From Candidatus Moraniibacteriota bacterium (GTDB lineage: Bacteria; Patescibacteriota; Minisyncoccia; Moranbacterales; UBA1568): a stretch of 64,000 nucleotides of DNA. Below the pieces are notes generated by a model. That model did no database searches and was not told the origin of the DNA. It worked only from the letters and a program-made list of their open reading frames with translations. The position numbers and the translations under genes were made by a program. The stretch is taken from assembly GCA_963778555.1 (NCBI GenBank), contig CAVZUR010000003.1:117704-181703 (forward strand), read 5' to 3'. Positions 1 through 11,251 of the stretch are shown here, one piece after another (position 1 is the first letter of the stretch; each line of letters opens with the position of its first letter).

Positions 1-1236
<1,236 letters not shown>

Positions 1237-1246
1237 CCTGTCTCCT

Positions 1247-2138
1247 ATGCCCGAAACGGCATCACTCGTCGTTATCACCAGAAACGCTCTCCAACTGGTC
1301 CGTAAAATCCGTCGGGGCTGGCGCTTCGTACTGCCTGCCGGCCTCCTCATCATTCTCGGATCGATTAACCCTATCGCTCTGCCTCCTTCGATTGACCCGA
1401 GAAGCGCTCTTTTCCGGAGACTGGTTTTTCACTCCTGAGGGCCGACAGCTCTCTTTTCTCATCGGCCTCTCTTTCTGTCTATCTCTCGGTCAGGCGCTCG
1501 TCCGCGGGCCAATGCTGATCGCCCTCAATCAGACGGCTACAAGGGATGAAAAATCAAGTGATCCCTCCGCCCGCCCAGGCTGGATCCGCGCTGCTTTCCT
1601 CTCGCTTCTTTTCCAAATCGCTTTCTGGTGTTTACTCTGTATCCTTGGTCTCATACTCTTTCTCCCATCGTATACCGCGTGGATTATCAATCAGGAGAGT
1701 TTTCCTGTTCTCACCGAAATGGCGCTCATTCTGTTTCTCACGCTTGCCGTCTATCTATTTTTCATCAAGGAGCTGGCTTATTTCTTTGCTCTCTTCAGTA
1801 AAATCAGCCTCCCCACATCAATCGATCTCGGGGCGCGCTTGTTTCGCAAGTATTCCTTCGCCACCGTCCTCTTTATATTCTATGCCTCCCTCCTTGCCTT
1901 ACTTGTTATCGTTCTCATTGATTCTCTCCTCGCCCCTATCCGCTTGATTTTACCCGAGCCAATCCGTCAACAGGCTGTAAGTCTCGTCGGGGTTCTCCTT
2001 TTTGGCTACTATTCACTTTTTGATCAGTCCCTGAGACTTGTATTCTTCCGCTCTATCGCCGCACCTCCGAAACGTCGGGCGAGCAAGGAACCGCTGACGA
2101 AACCGGCAGAGAGTGCGCCCGGCATCACACCGGTTTAG
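1247..2138 (+). CDS. Multi-pass membrane protein, probably one gene split by a frameshift near 1390
   Basis: Overlapping ORFs 1247..1438 and 1392..2138, both hydrophobic, directly after ftsH. Confidence 0.6.
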
Positions 2139-2227
2139 TTTGTTATTCTGCACGATTGTGCTACAGTATTTTCTGTGTTTCCAATTGCATCACGGTTAGC
2201 TCAAGCGTTTCAATCTGCAATTCATTT

Positions 2228-2304
2228 GGACAATTAGCTCAGTTGGTTAGAGCGTCACATTGACATTGTGAAGGTCACTGGTTCGAATCCAGTATTGTCC
2301 ACCA
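2228..2304 (+). tRNA. tRNA-Val(GAC)
   Basis: Acceptor GGACAAT/ATTGTCC, anticodon arm TCACA-TTGACAT-TGTGA, GTTCGAATC T-loop, encoded CCA. Confidence 0.97.
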
Positions 2305-2467
2305 CGCGAGGGTATCTGAACTGTTTTCCGCTGTCACGTATCTTCATTTTGCCCGCCTGTACAGCTCTCCCCCAGTATTAAGCAAGAGGGGCTTTCGCAC
2401 GTAACAAAAACCGGCCCTTCAGAGAGCCGATATTTTCCATGCCCCAGATGGAATCGGGATGAATCCG

Positions 2468-3559
2468 TCAGCAACCATTTAATCCAGCCTCGCCCCGGCA
2501 GCCAGGTACGGGATTGAAATTCACCACCGACTGCTGAACACCGGTGTACTTCCCATTGTTCGCACCTCGTTGCTGGCTGACATTCCGTAGAAACTGTGCT
2601 CCTGGACCAAGTTCTTTCATCAGATTTCGCCGTTCGCCCTGCAATTTCTTATCAACATTTCCGAGTTCGCGCGAAACGACTTTTGCGACCTCTTCAAAGC
2701 CGCGTTGATAAATATTATTGAGAGCTTGATTCGCAAAAGCCCCAGCAGCCGCCGCTAACAGCTCGCCCCATTTCTGCGATCCGGTTATCATTTGAAACGG
2801 AAGATTTTGTGCTGCTCCCGTAACATCAGCGATGATTGACCCGGGCGAGATGATTTTTCCGTTGACCTCCACCCCAGTGAATCCCTTGCCCGCAATGGCC
2901 CGCGTTTTGGCTAGCTCTTGATTTGCCGCGCGTTGCCGTTGGGCGGCATCTTTCATGTACTGACTCATACCGAGTGGATTATTGCAGTTGGAACCGATCG
3001 TAGCATTCATCACCCGCCAGTCGCCATTCCCGAGTGAGCGCACGACATCCGTCGAGTATTGGTCCAGATTGTACTGGCAATTATCCCGTGCGAAAGCAGC
3101 GTTGACTTCCAAATTAAGATAATTCAAATAGTTCATCCCGAGGCGTTGAACGCTGCCACCAGCGATGATATAGTTGAGGGCTGAATTTTTGCCGCCTGTC
3201 GCAGTCGTCAGGAGATCATTCACATAGATAAGCGACTCATCCAACGCGGCACCGTAGATATAGGCTTTGTAATCTGTGATAAAAGCAGGTTTTTTGGTCG
3301 ATCCACCAGCGACAAGTCTGTTCGCCGCATCTCGCGCGAGGGTAACTGCGACTCTCTTCGCGATACCAAAAAGTACTGCCTGAATTTGCTCCCAGATAAC
3401 TTCCAAAACCTGCTTCAATAACCCGGAAGCGATACTCTCACCCCAGACTCCGGCACGGGCCGGAAGCGGAGCCGCGGTTGTAAAAATCACAGCTCCGATA
3501 AGCACCGAGGCGATGTATTTTTGGATTCTATTTTTTTTCTGTGTTTGAATCGGTCGCAT
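2468..3559 (-). CDS. Hypothetical secreted protein
   Basis: 363-aa ORF with N-terminal signal-like segment ending in A-R-A. Confidence 0.75.
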   Translation of the reverse strand: MRPIQTQKKNRIQKYIASVLIGAVIFTTAAPLPARAGVWGESIASGLLKQVLEVIWEQIQAVLFGIAKRVAVTLARDAANRLVAGGSTKKPAFITDYKAYIYGAALDESLIYVNDLLTTATGGKNSALNYIIAGGSVQRLGMNYLNYLNLEVNAAFARDNCQYNLDQYSTDVVRSLGNGDWRVMNATIGSNCNNPLGMSQYMKDAAQRQRAANQELAKTRAIAGKGFTGVEVNGKIISPGSIIADVTGAAQNLPFQMITGSQKWGELLAAAAGAFANQALNNIYQRGFEEVAKVVSRELGNVDKKLQGERRNLMKELGPGAQFLRNVSQQRGANNGKYTGVQQSVVNFNPVPGCRGEAGLNGC

Positions 3560-3568
3560 ATGCCAACA

Positions 3569-4606
3569 TCAGATGTCCAATGGTATATTGGTAATCCCAA
3601 AGGCAGTAAGCTGAGATTGCATTTCTTCCATAAAGGTTCCCAGCGACATCAGAAAACCTTGAACTTTCGAAAACATATACATTTGGCCAAGTGGATCACT
3701 CGTAGATACCGAAGCCTTGACCGTATCTTTCAGATTCGAAGCAAAGGTCAACATCTTGATTGTCTTCACATGTGTCGCCAGCATACTCTCTGGCACCTCG
3801 ACTTGATTCACCTCATCCAGCGCATTTTGTGCGCGCTCTTCGATTTTATCAAGATAAGAATAATTTCCCGAAAGTAATCCGAGTACCATCTGATTGCCGG
3901 CGTCAAGCGCGAAGTTCTTCAGTCCCGCTGTATCACGTATCTGGACTGGCGCGTTCGATATGAGGATATAGCTCGTGAGGGTCAGATACTCGACTACATC
4001 CTGACGATTCTGCTCCTCCTTCTCATCATCTGACAATTTTGTCGAAAGCGGTTTAATTTCAATGTCCGAAATATCCACGTCCGGCAGCACGATCTCTTCT
4101 TGACTCGCCGCCATGACATTTGCCATCACGGTACTCAGATCTTCGCTGGTGATTTCCGAACTTCCCACACTTTCAGAATCAGATCCCCCTTCAGCATTTT
4201 TGGACTTCTCGGTCACGAGCGCCGCTAATTCCTCAGAAGCTTTCGCTGTCAAATTTACTGTTCCAACTGCAGAGTCTGATTCAGCTACATCAAGAGACTC
4301 TTCTGACACTACTCTGTCACCGGGTGCCGGCTTCAGCGGGTCAAAGCCGCCCTCGATTTCAACACCATCACTGTAGCTGTCTCCATCCGTATCCGCGACC
4401 TCCGGATCCGTCCCATAGACTTTTTCCTCATCACTCGAGAGACCATCCTTGTCAGCATCATCAAAAACTGTTGTTTCTATTGTGGACGATTCATCCGCGG
4501 CAACAAACAAAGCCGTACTGAATAAACAAAGAAATCCAAACACGAACACGCTCCAACGCAAATTGTTTTTTGTTTGCGATACTCCCATATGAGTAGAGTA
4601 TATCAC
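3569..4606 (-). CDS. Membrane-anchored protein with Asp-rich Ca-binding (thrombospondin type 3-like) repeats
   Basis: N-terminal TM helix; DADKDGLSSDEEKVYGTDPEVADTDGDSYSDGVE; start may be 4588. Confidence 0.75.
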   Translation of the reverse strand: MIYSTHMGVSQTKNNLRWSVFVFGFLCLFSTALFVAADESSTIETTVFDDADKDGLSSDEEKVYGTDPEVADTDGDSYSDGVEIEGGFDPLKPAPGDRVVSEESLDVAESDSAVGTVNLTAKASEELAALVTEKSKNAEGGSDSESVGSSEITSEDLSTVMANVMAASQEEIVLPDVDISDIEIKPLSTKLSDDEKEEQNRQDVVEYLTLTSYILISNAPVQIRDTAGLKNFALDAGNQMVLGLLSGNYSYLDKIEERAQNALDEVNQVEVPESMLATHVKTIKMLTFASNLKDTVKASVSTSDPLGQMYMFSKVQGFLMSLGTFMEEMQSQLTAFGITNIPLDI

Positions 4607-4871
4607 AACAAGATTATTGCAATACCGCGTATTTCATTTGCACAACAGATTTTCCTCTTGATGTTACTACACGAATATTTTTCGGGCCAACTGATCTAAT
4701 CTAAGCTGATACTCTGGACTGAAATTAGCATTCAGTGAGTCATCAAAAAATTCATTCCACACCGTACAGCACAAGCAGTCCAGTGTTAGTAACTTTATCG
4801 CTCGTATAATCTACAATCATCTATATGTATCTCGAGTGATGCATGATTATGCAATCTAATATATTATGTCA

Positions 4872-6164
4872 TCATAATGTCATCTTGTCAATCCTTATAG
4901 TAACTAGTGTAATTCCAAGCGCCAAGATAAATTGTCCTTGATATATATCCCATGGATAGTGATCAGTTACGATTATATACACAAGAAATATACTTAGTAG
5001 ATAATGCTGTCTCAATGTTTCACGTGGAACGCTTCTGAAAAATCTATAGATAAATATTGAAAAAACTATGAGTCCAACTATCCCCAACTCGACTAGGACT
5101 ATATATGGCACAAAATGAATTGGTTCATAATTCCACCAATTCAAATAATCTGTATTAGTGTAGTAACTTAGCCTATAGGATCCAATTCCTGAGCCAAGTT
5201 TAGTGATTTTTGTACTACTGAGTTGCTCAGAGAACTGAGTGAGTCTAGTTCTATATGACTGCACAGAGTCTCTTATAAGTAGTGTTTGAAAAACTAGCAC
5301 TAGTAAAAATAGAACTACAATCAGGACTCTATGTTTCACGTGGAACAATATATTCCAATTAGATCTTGCATAAAAATACGTCACTAGTAGACCGAAATAT
5401 GCGAAAATTGCTAGTTTTGACTGCGCTACCAGAATTGTAAGAAATGAAATGACTGACACTACTATTAAAATTCTTTGTTTCACGTGGAACAAACTCCCAA
5501 ACTCCAATAAATACACAAAAACTAGCAAGGCGTAGGCACTAAGTACATTTGGATGTGGAAATGTTCCATATCCACGTAATAGAGTGAAGCTAAAAATATT
5601 CGATTTTGCAATATTCTGGGCGGCAGTTCCCAAATTTGACTCATTTAAATAATTGAGTCCAATTGATTCAAAATTTATAACCTGAAGGCAGGATATGATC
5701 AGTTGAATAAATAGACTTAAAGACAAGATAACAGCGACTTCCTTTATGACTATTGTTCCACGTGAAACAACCAGATCAATGAACATTAATCCAAAAGAAA
5801 AAAGAAACATTAAATGAAAAATAGCTGCAATGCTCAAAATGGCATCAATAGATAAATATATCCCAATGAGTAAATATAGTACTCCAATATATAATATAAA
5901 ATGTTCCACGTGGAACTTCCAACGAGCTACGTTACTACATATTGACTTTATATCGAATTCATTGCTTTGTATTTTGATGAGTAAGGCTAGAAGAAGCAAA
6001 ATCTCACCAAAATATAGTGAGATGTCCATGTATTCATTGAATCCACCTGTGGATTGAGCACTACTAGGTATAAATATATAGCGCCAGGAAAAGGGTATTT
6101 GCCAAATATAGACATAAATCAAAATGTGATAAAACCTATTAAATGGTAAATTTATGGCTTGCAT
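4872..6164 (-). CDS. O-antigen ligase/Wzy-like membrane protein, AT-rich, with embedded parS sites
   Basis: Many TM segments; RGYGTFPHPNVL, GSGIGSY, EPIHFVPYIVLVELGIVG, DHY motifs. Confidence 0.85.
   Translation of the reverse strand: MQAINLPFNRFYHILIYVYIWQIPFSWRYIFIPSSAQSTGGFNEYMDISLYFGEILLLLALLIKIQSNEFDIKSICSNVARWKFHVEHFILYIGVLYLLIGIYLSIDAILSIAAIFHLMFLFSFGLMFIDLVVSRGTIVIKEVAVILSLSLFIQLIISCLQVINFESIGLNYLNESNLGTAAQNIAKSNIFSFTLLRGYGTFPHPNVLSAYALLVFVYLLEFGSLFHVKQRILIVVSVISFLTILVAQSKLAIFAYFGLLVTYFYARSNWNILFHVKHRVLIVVLFLLVLVFQTLLIRDSVQSYRTRLTQFSEQLSSTKITKLGSGIGSYRLSYYTNTDYLNWWNYEPIHFVPYIVLVELGIVGLIVFSIFIYRFFRSVPRETLRQHYLLSIFLVYIIVTDHYPWDIYQGQFILALGITLVTIRIDKMTL
5016..5917. promoter_or_regulatory. 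Cluster of five parS (ParB-binding) sites at 5016-5031, 5332-5347, 5476-5491, 5754-5769 and 5902-5917
   Basis: TGTTTCACGTGGAACG, TGTTTCACGTGGAACA (x2), TGTTCCACGTGAAACA and TGTTCCACGTGGAACT match the bacterial parS consensus TGTTTCACGTGAAACA. Confidence 0.92.
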
Positions 6165-6352
6165 AAGGGTTCTCTAGTATACCGTAGGTGAGAAAAAAAT
6201 CTAGTCTTACATTGACGAAACAATATATATAGATATGATTGTAAGATACCACCTTAGACTCTTAAGGGGCTTGAGGTTAGGAAGTTAATAGTAGGTATGT
6301 TCCTGTGATCGTAGTATTGAACTCGAAGTTCACGTAGACCGCACATTTTTTT

Positions 6353-6425
6353 GGGCCATTAGCTCATTTGGTAGAGCACTTCCATGGCATGGAAGGGGTG
6401 ACCGGTTCGAATCCGGTATGGTCCA
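6353..6425 (+). tRNA. tRNA-Ala(GGC)
   Basis: GGGCCAT/ATGGTCC acceptor with G3:U70; anticodon arm CTTCC-ATGGCAT-GGAAG. Confidence 0.96.
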
Positions 6426-6539
6426 CTTATACAAGCTGAGGGATATATTCATGATGACTTATCCTCAAGTTATCCACAGCTTTGCTGAAACACATACTTG
6501 GCTTGCCAGAGCGATGGTTTTCCTTTACAGTGACCACTC

Positions 6540-6611
6540 GCCCCTGTAGCTCAATGGATAGAGCTATCCCGTCCTAAGGGAGAGATCTAGGTTCGATTCC
6601 TGGTAGGGGCA
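6540..6611 (+). tRNA. tRNA-Arg(CCT)
   Basis: GCCCCTG/TAGGGGC acceptor; anticodon loop GTCCTAA; GTTCGATTC T-loop. Confidence 0.93.
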
Positions 6612-6615
6612 CACT

Positions 6616-6981
6616 ATGCATGACAGAATCACGCAATTGAATGATCTGATCCGGGACACGCTCTCCGATCTTATAGTTCGCGAATTGTCACTGAAGCACG
6701 GGGTCATCCTGACGGTGACACGTGTTTCAACTGCACGGAATTTGCGCTCCACTCATGCTTCAGTCAGTGTTTTTCCTGAAGGTGAACGCGACTATGCGAT
6801 GAAGACACTTGTCCATGAATGTCGTCAGCTGCAAAAGTTTCTTCACCGCAGACTTTCGACCCGCCCTTTGCCGAAACTCTTCTTTGAGTTAGACACGACA
6901 GAGGAGCATGCCGATGTCGTCGAACATCTTCTCCGGGATATACGTGAGTCTGACACTCATGATGCATCAAAGGAGCCTTAG
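6616..6981 (+). CDS. rbfA: Ribosome-binding factor A
   Basis: RITQLNDLIR...LTVTRVSTARNL...PKLFFELD pattern; followed by a DHH gene as is typical. Confidence 0.9.
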   Translation: MHDRITQLNDLIRDTLSDLIVRELSLKHGVILTVTRVSTARNLRSTHASVSVFPEGERDYAMKTLVHECRQLQKFLHRRLSTRPLPKLFFELDTTEEHADVVEHLLRDIRESDTHDASKEP

Positions 6982-6982
6982 T

Positions 6983-7945
6983 ATGAGATTTTTCGGCAAA
7001 GAATTTAAGACGTTGCATTTTGTCATTGACAGGGCAGCATCTGTTCTGCTCGTTGCACACAAGCGTCCGGACCCGGATACCGTCGGCGCGAATTTCGCAT
7101 TGAAATATTATTTAAGGATCTGGGAAAAACAGTAACAATCGCCTGCTACGATCCATTTCCCGAGATGTTGGCGAGTCTCTTTCCACATGAAACATTCTAT
7201 CATCCCGATCAACTGGATCTTACAGTCATTCGATGCAGTCATTGCTGCTGATTCAGTCGATAGGGGCTTTCATTTGTTCGCGGATCGTTTCGATGAACGG
7301 CAGGTCGTGGCGCTCATCGATCATCACCCCGATATCTCGCTTTCAGCCGATATTATCATGATTGATCCGCACTATTCTTCCTCGAGTGAGTTGGTGTATC
7401 TCTATTTCCAGCAGACTCAGGCGCATATCAACAGAGACATCGCGACGGCGCTACTCACAGGCATCCTCTTCGATACCGGTAATTTTCAGCACTCGTCCGT
7501 TTCGCCACAGGTGATGGATATCGCATCGCAACTGATGAAGCTCGGCGCGCCCCTCACAAAGATCTCGAGTACCATTTTCACGAACAAGAACATCTCGGCC
7601 ATGAAGCTCTGGGGCAAGGCTTTTGAAAAAGCGAAGTTTCTCCCGCAGTCAGGACTCCTTGTCACTGCCGTCACGCGCTACGACATCGACGAATGCGAAG
7701 CAACATCGGACGATATTTACCAGGTCGCCTCCATCCTCTCGACCGTGCCTGAGGCGCGGTTTGCGCTCGTTTTATCGGAGCGCGATGAAGAGACGGTGCG
7801 GGGAAGTTTGCGCGCATCCGAACATCATGGCGTTGATGTTTCGGCTATCGCGCATCGGTTTGGCGGCGGCGGACATAAACTCGCGAGTGGTTTCGAAGTG
7901 AAAGGAAAGATCGTTGAGACTGCTGAGGGCTGGCATGTGATGTAA
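6983..7945 (+). CDS. DHH/DHHA1 phosphoesterase (NrnA-like), apparent frameshifts near 7113 and 7221
   Basis: HKRPDPD motif in first frame; IDHH, GILFDTGNF and GGGGH in the downstream frame. Confidence 0.88.
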
Positions 7946-7958
7946 TCATCTCAAGAGC

Positions 7959-8550
7959 ATGCAAAATAAAACGGATCAACTGAAGATTTTGAACGCCCGC
8001 ATGGCAATCGAATGCCCCTGTACGCTGCGCGAGACGGCGACGCAGGCCGTGCCGGGGGACGGAAGCGCTTTCGCCGAGATCATGTTTGTAGGTGAAGCTC
8101 CGGGGAAAAACGAGGATATCCAGGGGGATACCCTTTGTCGGTGCTGCAGGAAAGTTTCTCGCTGAGATGCTTGGCACGATCAACCTGAAACGTGCGGATA
8201 TTTATATCACGAATGTCGTGAAGTACCGCCCACCGAACAATCGCGATCCCAGTCCTGATGAGATCGAAGCCTGCATGCCCTGGCTCCATGAACAGATCGG
8301 GATTATCGAACCCAAGATCATCGTCACCCTCGGTCGCCATGCGCTGGAGCATTTTATTCCAAACAAGAAAATCTCCGAAGTCCACGGCCAGGCCTTCCGC
8401 CGGACCTTCGACGATATCGGGCCGCAGGTGTTTTTTGCGCTCTATCATCCGGCCGCAGCACTCTACAACGGCGGCATGCGTCGAACGCTCATCGAGGATT
8501 TCAAAAGGATTCCGAAAGTAGTGGAGAAGATCAAAACCGGGAAAACATAA
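7959..8550 (+). CDS. Uracil-DNA glycosylase family 4, frameshift in G-run near 8125
   Basis: MFVGEAPGKNED joined to GIPFVGAAG, NVVKYRPPNNRDP and YHPAA. Confidence 0.9.
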
Positions 8551-8580
8551 GGTCCCGATCACGCGGGTTTTTACTCGCAC

Positions 8581-9687
8581 CTATTCTTTTCGATTCAACG
8601 TAAAGAAGACGACTTCCTGCGCCGTACCAAAGCGCTGCGGCGGGCCCCAACTGCCGGCCCCGCTCGTCGTATAAACAAGGCTGTCGCCATATGGTTGCAG
8701 TCCGAAATCAAAGCCCTTGTAGACTATCCCCGTCACGAGATTGAAGGGCCACATCTGTCCTTTGTGTGTATGACCATGCAGGGTGAGATCCGCCCCGCCA
8801 GCGACAAGCTGCCCGATGTTGCGCGGCACATGCTTGAGCGCAATAGTCGGAAGACTCTGGTCAACCATGAGGTGGAGCATGATCATCTCTGTCGCCTCAG
8901 GCGTACGCGTTGTGACGAAATCGAGTCCAACTATCTGCAATCCGTCGACAACCTCACGCCGATCATTGATAACGCGGAAACCGGCCGCCTGGAGTGAGCG
9001 GAGAAAACCGATAGTGTCTCCGTATTCCTCATGATTGCCAGAAACAAAATAGGTTGGGACGCGCGAGGCAATTGACTTGAAAGGAGCCGTCACAAGATCC
9101 GCCTCGACTGGCGGCCCATCAAAAAAATCTCCGCCCATCAGAATCAAAGCCGGGTTCTCAGCTTCGAGGAGCTTCACGATGTCCTCGGCCGTCCGTTCAC
9201 GGTGGACATTGCCAAAATGAGAGTCGGCGAAAAAAGCGATTTTCTTTCCCACCCACTGAGGAGGGAGGTAAGGGAGTGCCACGGTATGGTGCTTGGGAAA
9301 GATCTGAAAACCATTCCAAAGCGCGAACCCATTAAAAGCCATCGCACCCATGAAAAAAAGAAACGCAACCCATGGAGAAAGCAGGCCACCTGACGTCTCG
9401 GTGAGCAGCGAAGCAAGGGAAATAGCGACTGCTGCGAGAAAAAGAAAATGTATCGTACCGAGCCACATGGCTGCATAGGAGTAGAGCGTCCGAGCGACAA
9501 TACCAGGTGCGAAACGTGTCAGGAGATTGGAAGTGAGGAACGAAAAGGATAAGACCATTAGCAACACGAAAAAGATTATCCGTGAATGCCCGATGAGCGG
9601 CCAATAACTATCAAGGGTACGCCAGACCACCCAATGAACGAAAGTGATGAGCGACTGAACAACAACAAGAAAAGCGGCGATACCCAT
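8581..9687 (-). CDS. Membrane-anchored calcineurin-like metallophosphoesterase
   Basis: N-terminal TMs; DSH, GDFFD, GNHE and GHTH motifs. Confidence 0.9.
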   Translation of the reverse strand: MGIAAFLVVVQSLITFVHWVVWRTLDSYWPLIGHSRIIFFVLLMVLSFSFLTSNLLTRFAPGIVARTLYSYAAMWLGTIHFLFLAAVAISLASLLTETSGGLLSPWVAFLFFMGAMAFNGFALWNGFQIFPKHHTVALPYLPPQWVGKKIAFFADSHFGNVHRERTAEDIVKLLEAENPALILMGGDFFDGPPVEADLVTAPFKSIASRVPTYFVSGNHEEYGDTIGFLRSLQAAGFRVINDRREVVDGLQIVGLDFVTTRTPEATEMIMLHLMVDQSLPTIALKHVPRNIGQLVAGGADLTLHGHTHKGQMWPFNLVTGIVYKGFDFGLQPYGDSLVYTTSGAGSWGPPQRFGTAQEVVFFTLNRKE

Positions 9688-9742
9688 ATGTTTTTGTCTG
9701 TGTGTATTGTAGCAAACCAGGCCTACGAACTCGGTATCGTTG

Positions 9743-9824
9743 TGGGCGGGGAGGGACTTGAACCCTCATGCCTATTGGGCACAACATTTTAAGTGTCGCG
9801 TGTATACCATTCCACCACCCGCCC
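9743..9824 (-). tRNA. tRNA-Leu(TAA)
   Basis: GGGCGGG/CCCGCCC acceptor, anticodon loop CTTAAAA, long variable arm. Confidence 0.95.
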
Positions 9825-9888
9825 ATGTTGTAAAGTGTATACCATTCCACCACCTTGCCTACCGGCTGGCTGGCGCGGCACGTATGTG

Positions 9889-9959
9889 AGGCCAGAAGGA
9901 GAGTCGAACTCCTGTACGAGGTTTTGCAGACCTCTTCCTAACCGCTCGGACATCTGGCC
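9889..9959 (-). tRNA. tRNA-Cys(GCA)
   Basis: GGCCAGA/TCTGGCC acceptor, anticodon arm GAGGT-CTGCAAA-ACCTC. Confidence 0.95.
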
Positions 9960-10010
9960 AGACGAAACATTGGCAGCCTAGCAAGGGCCCAACCGGGCGT
10001 CAACAATATA

Positions 10011-10038
10011 GCACAGGGGGCCGTACGACCCCCTGTGC
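10011..10038. terminator. GC-rich hairpin downstream of the 3D-domain gene
   Basis: GCACAGGGGG-N8-CCCCCTGTGC. Confidence 0.6.
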
Positions 10039-10039
10039 A

Positions 10040-10591
10040 TTAGTCGACAATTTCAGCTTGGAGATGCCGGCGACCAAAGGCAAATGCCTCGCTCTTTGTC
10101 TCCACATAGATGTCAAAATGATTGCCTTTAATTGCACCACCACGATCTTCACAGCGGAATTCGCCTAAGCCTTCTATAGCAATCTTGGCGCCAAAAGGAT
10201 AGTTCGGGGGGCAGGCAAGAGTGCGGTCTTTAGTGACTTTTAGACCCGAGGCCGTGATACCATCATTTTTTCCACACTCATCGGCCGCGGCCGTATATGC
10301 TGAAGCATTGATAGTGAGGCGCTGGCCAGTCTGAAGTTTCGCCCATAAATGGGACTGCTTATTTTTCCAACGGGCAAGTTTCTTCTCATCGCCAGTCAGT
10401 TCGCCATTCGCTGTGACCGCTGCTTTGTTATGTTCCACCCCAAAGGCCCAAATGAAGAGCAGGGGATCTGACGCGATGTCATACCGAACGGGGATAATTG
10501 GCATCTCCTGGCTCGCCATCGAAGCTGAAGCGACGGGCGTAAACGCTGCTAGTGAAAGCACAATTAATATTAGGGCCGGGAATAAATACAT
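10040..10591 (-). CDS. 3D (Asp-Asp-Asp) domain cell-wall protein
   Basis: ASAYT...GITASG...EDRGGAIKGNHFDIY; signal peptide. Confidence 0.9.
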   Translation of the reverse strand: MYLFPALILIVLSLAAFTPVASASMASQEMPIIPVRYDIASDPLLFIWAFGVEHNKAAVTANGELTGDEKKLARWKNKQSHLWAKLQTGQRLTINASAYTAAADECGKNDGITASGLKVTKDRTLACPPNYPFGAKIAIEGLGEFRCEDRGGAIKGNHFDIYVETKSEAFAFGRRHLQAEIVD

Positions 10592-10758
10592 AGATTACCT
10601 TTACACATAAGCCGGGGCAAGGGAAGTTTCATAGAATAGGTCCTCGCCACCGGGTCAGCCTTTTTGCACGACTGAATATAGTATCATATATTTATAGTTC
10701 TGTCAATGATTCCAGTATGTTGGAGATTTTTCAGAGTCATAAACTCTGTACTAAACAG

Positions 10759-10809
10759 AATAGGGCTTATATAAGCCCTATTGACGCACAATGAAAGGTG
10801 TGTCAAAAT
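10759..10809 (+). promoter_or_regulatory. Perfect 24-bp palindrome abutting a sigma70-like promoter
   Basis: AATAGGGCTTAT|ATAAGCCCTATT (10759-10782); TTGACG at 10781, 17-bp spacer, TGtCAAAAT. Confidence 0.6.
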
Positions 10810-10871
10810 CTCTTGGCAGCTAATGATGTTTCAGGCTGTTTTTTGTTCACTAACAATCGGAGAAGCAACAG

Positions 10872-11225
10872 ATGTCTATTAATGCACAGGAACGACTCCT
10901 CATCGTGCTGAGGGGTACTGGAGACAGCCCTACTGCACCACACAAGAGCATGACTGCCCACACCCTCACCGCGACCATCCATACGCTCTTTCCGGATCGC
11001 TCCTACAACTTTGGTACCGTTGTCCTCTACATGGGACGACTCAGAGACCGATTCATGGTCAGTGTTGTCTACCAAAACAGCGAACTGCACTATCGTTTGA
11101 CCCGGGCCGGCCTGGATGAAGCTATCCGGTGCTGGAATAAGCGGACGGAACTTGGCTATCAAGCACCAAGAAAAGCTCGTGAGGCAGCCAAAGCCGAGTC
11201 AGAAATCACTCCTACATCTACCTAG
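10872..11225 (+). CDS. Hypothetical winged-helix (PadR-like) protein
   Basis: GTVVLYMGRLRDRFMV...YRLTRAG resembles the wHTH wing; has RBS, promoter and terminator. Confidence 0.55.
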   Translation: MSINAQERLLIVLRGTGDSPTAPHKSMTAHTLTATIHTLFPDRSYNFGTVVLYMGRLRDRFMVSVVYQNSELHYRLTRAGLDEAIRCWNKRTELGYQAPRKAREAAKAESEITPTST

Positions 11226-11251
11226 ACATGTCATTGCGCAGCGGCGCTAAC

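Noticed and set aside
5016-5917. Repeated palindromes read as a CRISPR array
   Set aside because: They are 16 bp long, irregularly spaced (about 145-315 bp), have no cas genes nearby and match parS.
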